A stretch of DNA of 64,000 bases. Origin: Promethearchaeota archaeon (GTDB taxonomy: Archaea > Asgardarchaeota > Lokiarchaeia > Sigyniarchaeales > SOKP01). The DNA is taken from the NCBI GenBank assembly GCA_048938895.1, contig JBHLLU010000011.1:30265-94264 (forward strand). Reading direction: 5' to 3'. The position numbers were made by a program, and so were the translations under genes. The notes under the pieces are model-generated. The model made no database searches and was not told where the DNA came from. It saw only the letters and a list, made by a program, of their open reading frames with translations. Positions 19,595-28,475 of the stretch are shown here, in pieces. Position 1 is the stretch's first letter. Every line of letters starts with the position of its first letter.

Positions 19595-21985
19595 TTAAAT
19601 TTCATCCAATTTGGCTTTGTCTTTCAATTGCTCTTTTGTTGATAGAGATTTTGAATATTCATTGGGTTTAATAGGACCAATGTTATCTAATTCTTTCGTA
19701 AATTCTTTGATATTATTAGCATACTTTTCTCCCTCTCCAGCAGCTACACTTATAATTTTTACTCTTTTCTCATTTATTCCTGCTTCAATCAAAACTTCTT
19801 TAATACTTTCATATCGAGACTCTGCTTTAATGAATCCTTCTTGGTAATGGCAATCTTGTGGATAACAGCCTGCTATTAAGACGCCATCAGCACCATAAAA
19901 AAAACTCTCAAAAACCAGAGAAGGATTAAGCATCGCAGTACACATAACATGAATTGCCCTTACATTTGTAGGATAAGTTAATTTACTTGTTCCCGCAAGA
20001 TCAGCACCGGTATATGAGCACCAATTACATAGGAATGCAATTATTAATGGAGACTCACTTTTTTGTTTCAGTATAGATTGAATTTGAGCCGAAATTTGGG
20101 CATTTGTGAATCCAGGTATATATAAAGCTTCAGAATGACACATCGCAGCACATGCACCGCATCCTGTACAATTAGCTTGTGTGATTTTTAATTGATTTTC
20201 TTTAATTTTTAGCGCATTAAACATACAAATGTTTTCACATAATCTACATAAATCGCATCCCTCTGAATTAAAATAAACAATGTGGGGATCTATCTCAACT
20301 TTTCCTTTTGAAATAAGGGAAATAGTCTTGGCTGCAGCACTTTCAGCTTGAGCGATACTTGAGGGTATGTCTTTTGGTCCTTGTATAGCTCCAGCTAGAA
20401 ATATTCCATTTACAGATGTTTCAGAAGGCCTAACCTTAAGATGTTTCTCTAATAAGAAACCATTTGGATCCTGCGAGATGTTTAAAATTTTGCTCAATTC
20501 ATCTGTATTTTCTGCAGGTTCAATACCTACTGCTAAGATGACCAAATCTGTTTTGTTCTCAAATAATTTGTTTTCGATAGTGTCTTCTCCGCGCACTATT
20601 AATTCTTTAGTTGTGTCACTCTTTAAAACAGCAGAAATATTGCTTTTAATAAACCTAATCCCAAAAGTTTCACGAGCTCTGTTATAAAATTCTTCACAAT
20701 TTTTACCCATTGCTCTAATATCATTATAATAAATATTGATTAACACATCCGGATGTTCTTTTTTGATTAGTACGGCCTGTTTTATTGCTACATTACAGCA
20801 AACTTGACTACAATACTCATGATGTATTTGTTTATTACGAGAACCTACACATAAAATGAATGAGACCTTTTCAGGAGGTTTACCACTTGATGGAATCATA
20901 ATTTTTCCATGAGTAGGTCCATCATTGTTAAGAATTCTTTCCATTTGCATTGTAGTTATGATGTCTGGATTTTTGAGATAATTATATTCTCCTAATAATG
21001 AAGGATCAAATATTTTTAGTCCAGTTGCAACAATTATTGATCCTACTTGAATATCTATAATCTCTGGTTTTTGATCGAAATCGATGGCATCCCTATCACA
21101 TGCTTGAGCACACACTTTACACCCAATACAATATTCCTCTAATATGTTAGGAAATAATGGTATTGCTTGAGGATAGGGCACATCAATGGCTTTTCTAGGA
21201 AAAAAAGTATCTTCTACATCAATTGGACAGACATCTCTACAAATATCAAAACATCCTACACAATCTTCTTCTTTTATGAAACGAGGAAGTTTCTTAATTT
21301 TAATTTCAAAATTTCCCACATAGCCATTAACTTCTTCAACTTGTGAGTATGTATGTAATTCGATGTTTGGATGATCTTTAATTTCTGACATCAAGGGGCC
21401 TAATATACATATAGAACAATCTAATGTGGGGAATGTTTTGTCGAAGAGAGCCATATGACCTCCAATAGTGGGTTCTCTTTCCACTAAATATACTTTATAT
21501 CCTGCGTCAGCAATAACTAAAGCTGCTTTGATCCCTGCAATTCCACCCCCGATTATTAGCGTTGAGGGATTAATTTCAGAATAGTGAATAGTTAATGGTT
21601 CTAATAATTTTACTCTTTCTATTGCCATTATAATCTGATCTATTGCTTTTTTAGTAGCTTTTTCAGGTTCATCGCTGTGAACCCATGAATTTTGTTCTCG
21701 AATATTTGCAAATGAGATTAAAAAACGATTGATTCCTGCTTTTTCGATGGTTTTTCGAAATAATAATCCATGAAGTTTAAAAGAACAAGCAGCTATTACG
21801 ACTCTATCAATTTTTTCTCCTTTTATTTCTTCAGTAACCTTATTTAATCCCGATTCAGAGCATAAATATTGATCTTTTAATACATGAACATCAGGATATT
21901 TACTAAAATACTCAATAAGTTGCTCATTATTTATAGTTCCACTAATATTTTTACCGCAATCGCATAAAAATAATCCAATTTTCAA
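19595..21985 (-). CDS. hdrA: Heterodisulfide reductase subunit A fused to MvhD-like domain
   Basis: FAD motif LIIGGGIAGIKAAL. Several 4Fe-4S CxxCxxCxxxCP motifs (CVGCFDICRDVCP, CIGCKVCAQACD, CDLCRLCENIC, CTGCGACAAMC). C-terminal IIAFLCNWCSYTGADLAG...VMCTAMLNP...GADGVLIAGCYPQDCHY is the MvhD domain. Confidence 0.85.
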   Translation of the reverse strand: MKIGLFLCDCGKNISGTINNEQLIEYFSKYPDVHVLKDQYLCSESGLNKVTEEIKGEKIDRVVIAACSFKLHGLLFRKTIEKAGINRFLISFANIREQNSWVHSDEPEKATKKAIDQIIMAIERVKLLEPLTIHYSEINPSTLIIGGGIAGIKAALVIADAGYKVYLVEREPTIGGHMALFDKTFPTLDCSICILGPLMSEIKDHPNIELHTYSQVEEVNGYVGNFEIKIKKLPRFIKEEDCVGCFDICRDVCPIDVEDTFFPRKAIDVPYPQAIPLFPNILEEYCIGCKVCAQACDRDAIDFDQKPEIIDIQVGSIIVATGLKIFDPSLLGEYNYLKNPDIITTMQMERILNNDGPTHGKIMIPSSGKPPEKVSFILCVGSRNKQIHHEYCSQVCCNVAIKQAVLIKKEHPDVLINIYYNDIRAMGKNCEEFYNRARETFGIRFIKSNISAVLKSDTTKELIVRGEDTIENKLFENKTDLVILAVGIEPAENTDELSKILNISQDPNGFLLEKHLKVRPSETSVNGIFLAGAIQGPKDIPSSIAQAESAAAKTISLISKGKVEIDPHIVYFNSEGCDLCRLCENICMFNALKIKENQLKITQANCTGCGACAAMCHSEALYIPGFTNAQISAQIQSILKQKSESPLIIAFLCNWCSYTGADLAGTSKLTYPTNVRAIHVMCTAMLNPSLVFESFFYGADGVLIAGCYPQDCHYQEGFIKAESRYESIKEVLIEAGINEKRVKIISVAAGEGEKYANNIKEFTKELDNIGPIKPNEYSKSLSTKEQLKDKAKLDEI

Positions 21986-22167
21986 AATATCACCACTTAA
22001 TAAAATGAAATTTTCGCAGTTCTATGTTTATTATAGATTTGAGTTTTATTAATTATTCCAAATTAATTAAAGAAGATAATGTTATCTCTTCCTAAATATA
22101 ATGAAGAGTTCTAATTCACTTATTAACAAATATTTTTAAATACTATTCAAATGCTATTCAGATTTGT

Positions 22168-22764
22168 TTAATCCTCGTTTAGCATTTCTTTAGGTATAAA
22201 GGGATACACTTTTTGAATGTTAAAGTTTTGTTTTTTCATTTCTATAAAGTAATTCTTTTCTATTTCATACTCTTTTCTTGCCCATTCTAATATTTCCTCT
22301 CCTGAATAATATTTTCCTTTCAAAATTTGTAAGCCTTTACATTTCTTAGTATAATCTTCGAAGTTTTTTCGATTTGATACCATCATCTTCCAAAATGGAA
22401 AAGACCGACATTGAAATGGTCGGTATTCATGTACACTACAAATATTATCTTTCAAAAAATGACAATGTTCATCTTCTCCAGTAAACCTAAACGCTAATGT
22501 TTTGAATCTGTAAGTTCTACCTTTTTGAGCTTCTGAAGGTTTCCAAAAAAAACTATCATTAATCACTTTCACATACTTCTTAGCAAATCTCCTTAATCCT
22601 TCTGGATTATTTAATTTTAAATAGTTAGCTAATCGAAGAATATCGTCTTTATAGAGGTATACTTCACCTTCATTAAATCCTCTACAGCAATCCCCACACA
22701 TTTGACATGAGAATCTTAGACCATTTTCCAGGTTTTTTGTGATTTTTATGCCAGGTGTTGTCAC
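22168..22764 (-). CDS. YkgJ-family (CxxCxxCC) zinc/iron-chelating cysteine-cluster protein
   Basis: CQMCGDCCRG signature near the N-terminus, plus the downstream C-rich HCHFLKDNICSVHEYRPFQCRSFPF. Confidence 0.7.
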   Translation of the reverse strand: MTTPGIKITKNLENGLRFSCQMCGDCCRGFNEGEVYLYKDDILRLANYLKLNNPEGLRRFAKKYVKVINDSFFWKPSEAQKGRTYRFKTLAFRFTGEDEHCHFLKDNICSVHEYRPFQCRSFPFWKMMVSNRKNFEDYTKKCKGLQILKGKYYSGEEILEWARKEYEIEKNYFIEMKKQNFNIQKVYPFIPKEMLNED

Positions 22765-22879
22765 AATTCTGCTAATTTATAAAATTAGAAATTAATAATT
22801 TATATTGAAGAATTAAATTTATATTTAAATATTAATTCATTGATTGTTTTAGGTTATAAAGAGAGAGGAGTTTTAATTT

Positions 22880-25123
22880 TTGAATTATGATTTAATCAAG
22901 AACTTAGACAGGGATTTCGATTTTGACTGCATTAACAAAAAAATCAAGGATTTAGAAGTTCTCTTATCTCAGAATGAGATTCACAGTAATATTCAATATA
23001 ATGAATGGTTAAATGATTTTAAAAGAATATATGGGGAAATCGGGACCAATCTACGTTTGTATATCCAATATGCATTAATATATTTTATCGGAATTCTTTT
23101 CATTTCTAATTTTATTTTCCAAGAAGATATTAGGCAGTTAAATATAGAAAATTTGTTAAAAGAATTAAAAAAGTCTGAAGACCATATAAAATCAACTTTT
23201 AATGCGCAAGAGATAATTAATTTCGAATATTTTAATCCTTTATTCTCGCTTTCAGAGAAAATAGATTTAAGTATTTTTAGTAAAATAATTTTAAACACAT
23301 CAACATATCTATTTGAGTTAGATATCAATCCTGTTTATATATTTGATTACATATTTCAAAAAATCATTTCCCCCATTATTAGGCATAAAAAGGGAGAATA
23401 TTACACACCTCCTTTTTTAGTGAAGAAAATGGTCAATAAATCATATTCCATAGGAGAAACAGTTCTAGATCCTTGCTGTGGTTCAGGAAACTTTCTTGTA
23501 GGAATTCTATTAAAAATATTTTCAAATAACATTGATAAGGATGTGAAAATTGATGCAATAAATAAAATATGGGGATTTGATATTAACCCGATTTCGATTT
23601 ATCTTTCAAAAATTAACATTTTATTCCTTACAAAAGATCTTAATTCCAAAATTAAGCTTAATTTATATGTCAATGATTTCTTGTTTAATAAAAAGAAAGA
23701 ATTAAAGGATAAATTTGATTTAGTAATAGGAAATCCTCCATGGTATACTTATAGAGACGTAGAATCTAAGGATTACCAGGAATCTTTAAAATTTCTTGCT
23801 GAAAGATTAGAAATTAAACCTCGACCAAAAAATATTTTGAATATGGAAGTCTCTACCTTATTTTTTTGTAATGCAATTTATTATATGAAGAATAATGCAA
23901 AAATCTTTTTTGTCATTACAAAAGGAGTAATTACTGGTTCACATGCCTCAAGATTTAGGTACTTTAAAGATTTTTCGGAAATTAAAATATGGTTATTTGA
24001 TAAAGAATTAGAAAAAATTTTCAATATTGATTTTATATGCCTCTATGCTCATAAAACCCTAAATGTAGAAAAGGGAATTCAATATAAAATTCCAACCTAT
24101 CATTTTATTTTGAAAAACAATGATGCAGATAAAGAGATAACTTTGATATTAAAAAAAAAAGATGTGTTTGTTCCCTTTTCAATCGAAGAATATGGAGAAA
24201 AAATTTACATCAAAAAACTAATATCACCAGAGAAAATGGAGAATTTATTACCATTAGGGGTGAGCTTCTATAAAGGACTCTTTCACAAAGGTGCTGATTT
24301 AAATCCTAGAAATTTAATATTTGTAAGTGAGCAATTTGTTAATGATTCCTTAGTTAAAATCAATCCTGATGATCGTATATTCAAACAATCTAAAATTCCA
24401 TGGAATAAAAGAGAATTTGAAAATGAAATCATTGAAAAAAAATATATCTTCAAAGTAGTGAAAAGCACAGAATTAGTTAAATTTTCTGTGTATGACAGTT
24501 ATAATGTCTTTTTACCTCTCTCCAAAAATGATTTGAGCTTTACATATGAAAATTTAGACCAAAATGCCAGAAATTTCTATGGGAAAATAAATAAAATATA
24601 TCTCAAATATAAAAAAGAGACAACTACTCATAATTCTATAATGGAAAACCTTAATCGTTGGTCAAAATTAATCAACCCCAGACAATTATCAAAAATAAAA
24701 GTAGTTTATAATAACTCTGGTTCAATAATAAACTCTGCAGTGATACAAGGAAATTTCATAATTACAGGAGATCTCAGTTTTTTTGACACACCTAATCTTG
24801 ATGAGGCTTATTATCTGTCAGCTGTGTTAAATTCAAACATTTTAACAGAACAAATCAAGATAATGAAAAGTTCAAGACACATATTTAAGCTTCCTTTTAA
24901 TGTACCCATTAAAAAATATGATACAGAAAATTTTAATCATCGACAGTTAGCAAAATTAAGTAAAAAGGGACATGAAATTGCTTTATCCTCGATTAGTAAT
25001 ATTCTCATAAATAATAAAGAAAAGGCTTCTAAAATTAAGATTCAAAAGATATTAAATAAAGAATTAAAGCTTATCCTAAATCAAATTGATGAATTTGTGA
25101 TTAAAGAATTAAATCCTCACTGA
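22880..25123 (+). CDS. N6-adenine DNA methyltransferase, gamma class (Eco57I/TaqI-like), with large C-terminal region
   Basis: Motif X GEYYTPPFLV, motif I VLDPCCGSGNFLVG and motif IV VIGNPPWYTY occur in gamma order. TTG start in the track. No nuclease motif or partner was recognised. Confidence 0.8.
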   Translation: MNYDLIKNLDRDFDFDCINKKIKDLEVLLSQNEIHSNIQYNEWLNDFKRIYGEIGTNLRLYIQYALIYFIGILFISNFIFQEDIRQLNIENLLKELKKSEDHIKSTFNAQEIINFEYFNPLFSLSEKIDLSIFSKIILNTSTYLFELDINPVYIFDYIFQKIISPIIRHKKGEYYTPPFLVKKMVNKSYSIGETVLDPCCGSGNFLVGILLKIFSNNIDKDVKIDAINKIWGFDINPISIYLSKINILFLTKDLNSKIKLNLYVNDFLFNKKKELKDKFDLVIGNPPWYTYRDVESKDYQESLKFLAERLEIKPRPKNILNMEVSTLFFCNAIYYMKNNAKIFFVITKGVITGSHASRFRYFKDFSEIKIWLFDKELEKIFNIDFICLYAHKTLNVEKGIQYKIPTYHFILKNNDADKEITLILKKKDVFVPFSIEEYGEKIYIKKLISPEKMENLLPLGVSFYKGLFHKGADLNPRNLIFVSEQFVNDSLVKINPDDRIFKQSKIPWNKREFENEIIEKKYIFKVVKSTELVKFSVYDSYNVFLPLSKNDLSFTYENLDQNARNFYGKINKIYLKYKKETTTHNSIMENLNRWSKLINPRQLSKIKVVYNNSGSIINSAVIQGNFIITGDLSFFDTPNLDEAYYLSAVLNSNILTEQIKIMKSSRHIFKLPFNVPIKKYDTENFNHRQLAKLSKKGHEIALSSISNILINNKEKASKIKIQKILNKELKLILNQIDEFVIKELNPH

Positions 25124-25288
25124 ACCTAAAAATAAATAAAAATGATTGAAGTTAAATAGAATCTAATTCACTAGTATGAATAATTATTAAAATTATTTGA
25201 AATGTATAAATTTGAAGTATCAAAATTAATAGGTGATTTAATTTTTATAATATATTAAATTCCCAATCAAAACAAACCATCAATATTC

Positions 25289-25807
25289 ATGCGTAATTTT
25301 CTCTTTAAAGTGCTCATTTGTGGTGAAGGTGGAGTTGGTAAAACCTCACTTTTAAGACGATATGTAGATGGTTTCTTTGATGAAAGTACAATTATGACCG
25401 TCGGCGTCGAGTTCTTCGTCAAAGAAATTATATTCGATGATATTCGTTGTTCACTTCAACTTTGGGATTTAGGGGGTCAAAAAAGATTTAGATATCTGAT
25501 TGAAAATTATGTGATGGGAGCGCGTGGCGCTATTCTATTAGTAGATCTAACCAATATGCCTAAAATAGGGGATATATTAGAATGGGTAAATATAGCCAGA
25601 CTTCATGACATAAATTTACCAATTGTACTGGTTGGATCCAAATTTGATTTAGAAGATTTTATTGCTATTGATGACGATAGTGCTCAACATATTAAAAATA
25701 CATTTAATATACTAGATTATATAAAGACTTCTGCTAAATCGGGTCATAATATTGAAAAACCATTTGAAATTCTAACAAAAAGATTAATTAAAATTAGTAA
25801 ATATTAA
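25289..25807 (+). CDS. Small GTPase, Rab/Ras-like
   Basis: G1 GEGGVGKTS, switch I TVGVEF, G3 WDLGGQKRF, G4 variant GSKFD, G5 SAK. There is no C-terminal prenylation Cys. Confidence 0.8.
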   Translation: MRNFLFKVLICGEGGVGKTSLLRRYVDGFFDESTIMTVGVEFFVKEIIFDDIRCSLQLWDLGGQKRFRYLIENYVMGARGAILLVDLTNMPKIGDILEWVNIARLHDINLPIVLVGSKFDLEDFIAIDDDSAQHIKNTFNILDYIKTSAKSGHNIEKPFEILTKRLIKISKY

Positions 25808-25823
25808 GCACAGTTTTGAATTT

Positions 25824-26630
25824 ATGAATGATGAACTAGTTATCCTTGGATCTGGTGGGGGTAGACACCATATTCGGACTCAGCATCGGGCTACAGGAGG
25901 ATTTCTCTTTAAATTTAATGGAAATCAAGCCCATGTTGATCCTGGACCAGGAGCTATTGTACGACTCAATCAATTCAAGGAAGATCCAACAAAGACTGGA
26001 TTATTTATTGTAACTCATGCTCATGTTGATCATTACAATGATATAAGTGCAATTATAGAAAGTTCAAGAGAGATGTTGCATGATAGAAATTATAATTATT
26101 ACAAAAAAGGAGTTTTAGTTACTACACCAGAAGTTATTGGGCTAATTTCAGAGTATCATCTTAACATGCTTGAAAAAGTAGTGAAATTTAAAGCTGGTGA
26201 TAAGCTGGATTATAAAAACATAGAAATCATAGGAACTAAAGTTATCCACTCACCTGCTAATGAGGGATTCGGCATAATTTTTAAACTTAAAGAATATTCT
26301 CTAGCTTTCACTAGTGATACAATGGTATTTAACGATTTTGCGAAACAATATTCAGGAGTAAACATCCTTATTCTAAATCTTTTAAGACCAAATTCAGTTA
26401 CATGCAAAAGACATGCGTGTACGGATGAGGTTATTCCATATCTAAATAGGATTGAACCGTCTCTAAATAGCTTAATCATCACTCACTTTGGATCAATGAT
26501 GGATGGCCCTCGCTCTGCAAAAAATCACGTCCCAAGTCAAGTAAAAAAATTAACACAGAACACTAAAATAAAACACGTCCTCGCAGCTGAAGATGGTTTA
26601 AAAATAAAAATTAATAAATTATTAGGTTAA
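25824..26630 (+). CDS. Metallo-beta-lactamase-fold hydrolase
   Basis: THAHVDHYND (HxHxDH motif) with ILGSGGG at the N-terminus. Starts 16 nt after the GTPase stop. Confidence 0.7.
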   Translation: MNDELVILGSGGGRHHIRTQHRATGGFLFKFNGNQAHVDPGPGAIVRLNQFKEDPTKTGLFIVTHAHVDHYNDISAIIESSREMLHDRNYNYYKKGVLVTTPEVIGLISEYHLNMLEKVVKFKAGDKLDYKNIEIIGTKVIHSPANEGFGIIFKLKEYSLAFTSDTMVFNDFAKQYSGVNILILNLLRPNSVTCKRHACTDEVIPYLNRIEPSLNSLIITHFGSMMDGPRSAKNHVPSQVKKLTQNTKIKHVLAAEDGLKIKINKLLG

Positions 26631-26631
26631 A

Positions 26632-26663
26632 TTTTTTGTGGTTGTTTTTATTAGATTTTTTTT
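26632..26663 (+). terminator. Oligo-T tracts after MBL gene
   Basis: T6 (26632-26637), T5 (26645-26649) and T8 (26656-26663) directly follow the TAA at 26628-26630. Confidence 0.4.
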
Positions 26664-27325
26664 GACATTTTTGTTGTAAAAATATGTAGTTTTTATGTAA
26701 ATTCTTTTTCCGTTATATTAGAACATATATAAAATATAATCAGTTCATTTTTAAGTTAATAATCCTATTACAATGTAGGAAGGGAAATTTAAAAAAAGAA
26801 TTCTGCGCTCAACATTGGATTTCGCCCTCTATTAAACTCTCTGAGTTTAATTCTCTCCCTGATTTTATTAATTTTGGCGTAGACTTCTCTTCCCTTACCT
26901 TTTCTTAAAATTAATCTCAGAGAAGCAATATTTATTATTATTAATTTTAGATTAGACTATCATAGTAAGAGGAAAAAGAGCAAAAATTATAAAATTCTCA
27001 ATAATGTTAATTGGTAGAGATCCAATGCCGACAAACGATACATTGAAGGATCTTTTGAAATTCGATCTTCTTAGAATTGTTGGTTCGAATTTTTCTCTGG
27101 ATCATCACGTTACCGCATTTGGTACATATAGTCAAGTCTTTTGGTTTTAACTTGTGTACGGTCACGTATGAGATCACAATAAGCTGATTATTTTAATAAA
27201 GATTTATCTATCTGTTTTTCCTGACAAAATTGCCATTTACCGATAAACCAACCCTTATTTAGATATTAATAGCTCTTTAATTATTTAAATATGTGTTTAA
27301 GTAAAGATTGTCTGGATTATGCTTT

Positions 27326-28225
27326 TTACTTTTTATTATTGTCTATATTTTTAAGGACTACTATGATAATAGCGATAAAGATTAACCCACAACCCATCCA
27401 GCCTAATATAGATAAAATAACGCCTCCAATAAGGAAATCAAATAATACAGCAAACACAGGTTCTAAAGAAAAAATAATTGCTGTTTGAGTTGCACTTATG
27501 TATTGTTGACTCCAATTTTGAAACAAGATTGTTAATGTCATTACAATTATTCCCATATAAATCATAATTAGCCATAAAGTTGGAGAAAATGATAGATTCC
27601 CATAGGTTTCTTGAATCAAAAATGAAAAGATGAAACCCGTAGCACATATTACTATTATTTGAACAATTGAATAACTATAAATATCTACCAACCTAACAAA
27701 TTTATCATTATATATAATATAAAATGCCCAGAAAAAAGCGCAGACTATGACGATTAAATCCCCTATTATTATCCCGGACTCACTTTCTATTAATAAAAAA
27801 GCCATCCCTACAATAGATAAGACAACTGCAATCCAAATTCTTTTATTTATTGGTTTTTTGAAGCCAAGCCAAGCGATAAATGGGACAATTATAACACTCA
27901 ATCCAGTTATAAATCCTGTTTTTCCTGCAGTTGTTGTTTGAAGGCCTACAGTTTGAATAGCAAAACCAAAAAAGTAAAGCATCCCTGTCCCAAAACTCAT
28001 GAAAAAAATTTGTTTGTTAAGGTGTTTCAAATGTGGGAAGAATGGCATGAATCCTATAAGGGCGATTGCAAATCTTAGACCAATATAAAAGAAGATTGGA
28101 ATGTCTTGTGTAAGATTTTTTGTAAAAACAAAAGATGTACCCCATAATACTGTAGTTAAAATTAGTAAAACTATAGCAAATATACGGATTTTAGATGATC
28201 TTAGTGTGGGTGTATTTTCTGCCAT
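27326..28225 (-). CDS. EamA/DMT-superfamily transporter
   Basis: Ten predicted TM helices in two similar halves, ~300 aa, with the typical DMT layout (LWGTSFVFTK in helix 1). Confidence 0.8.
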   Translation of the reverse strand: MAENTPTLRSSKIRIFAIVLLILTTVLWGTSFVFTKNLTQDIPIFFYIGLRFAIALIGFMPFFPHLKHLNKQIFFMSFGTGMLYFFGFAIQTVGLQTTTAGKTGFITGLSVIIVPFIAWLGFKKPINKRIWIAVVLSIVGMAFLLIESESGIIIGDLIVIVCAFFWAFYIIYNDKFVRLVDIYSYSIVQIIVICATGFIFSFLIQETYGNLSFSPTLWLIMIYMGIIVMTLTILFQNWSQQYISATQTAIIFSLEPVFAVLFDFLIGGVILSILGWMGCGLIFIAIIIVVLKNIDNNKK

Positions 28226-28327
28226 AGTCTTGTTATATAAGGTTTAGGTAATTATTGAAAATAAACCAACAATTTAAATCATTCTAAGTAATAAATTTTA
28301 AACTACAACTGATATATAATTAATTCT

Positions 28328-28350
28328 ACGATATAGTCTAATTATATCGT
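28328..28350. promoter_or_regulatory. Perfect 8-bp inverted repeat with 7-nt spacer upstream of homocysteine operon (operator candidate)
   Basis: ACGATATA-gtctaat-TATATCGT, about 125 nt upstream of the TTG start at 28476. Confidence 0.25.
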
Positions 28351-28362
28351 TTTAGAATATTC

Positions 28363-28379
28363 TATGCAATAATTGCATA
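28363..28379. promoter_or_regulatory. 17-bp perfect palindrome upstream of homocysteine operon (operator candidate)
   Basis: TATGCAAT-A-ATTGCATA, about 97 nt upstream of the start at 28476. Confidence 0.25.
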
Positions 28380-28475
28380 AATCATATGTTGAATATTTAT
28401 ATTTAATATATTCATATAAAATTCAATTTATGGATTTTCAACTAGTTTGTATTTTATTCAAAAAATGGTGGTATT

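Noticed and set aside
22772-22788. AT-only palindromes in divergent promoter regions: CTAATTT-ata-AAATTAG here and ATACAAA-tt-TTTGTAT at 52216-52231
   Set aside because: They are composed almost entirely of A/T in a very AT-rich genome, so chance occurrence is high. I do not report them as regulatory sites.
22880-25123. Calling a complete restriction-modification or BREX-like defence system
   Set aside because: Only the methyltransferase is present. No nuclease, specificity subunit, helicase, phosphatase or protease partner flanks it, and I could not see a nuclease motif within it.
27082-27090. GGTTCGAAT T-loop-like string in the long intergenic region
   Set aside because: The flanking bases (attgtt / ttttctc) are not complementary, so no T-stem forms. 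No acceptor or anticodon arm could be assembled by eye, even allowing for an intron.
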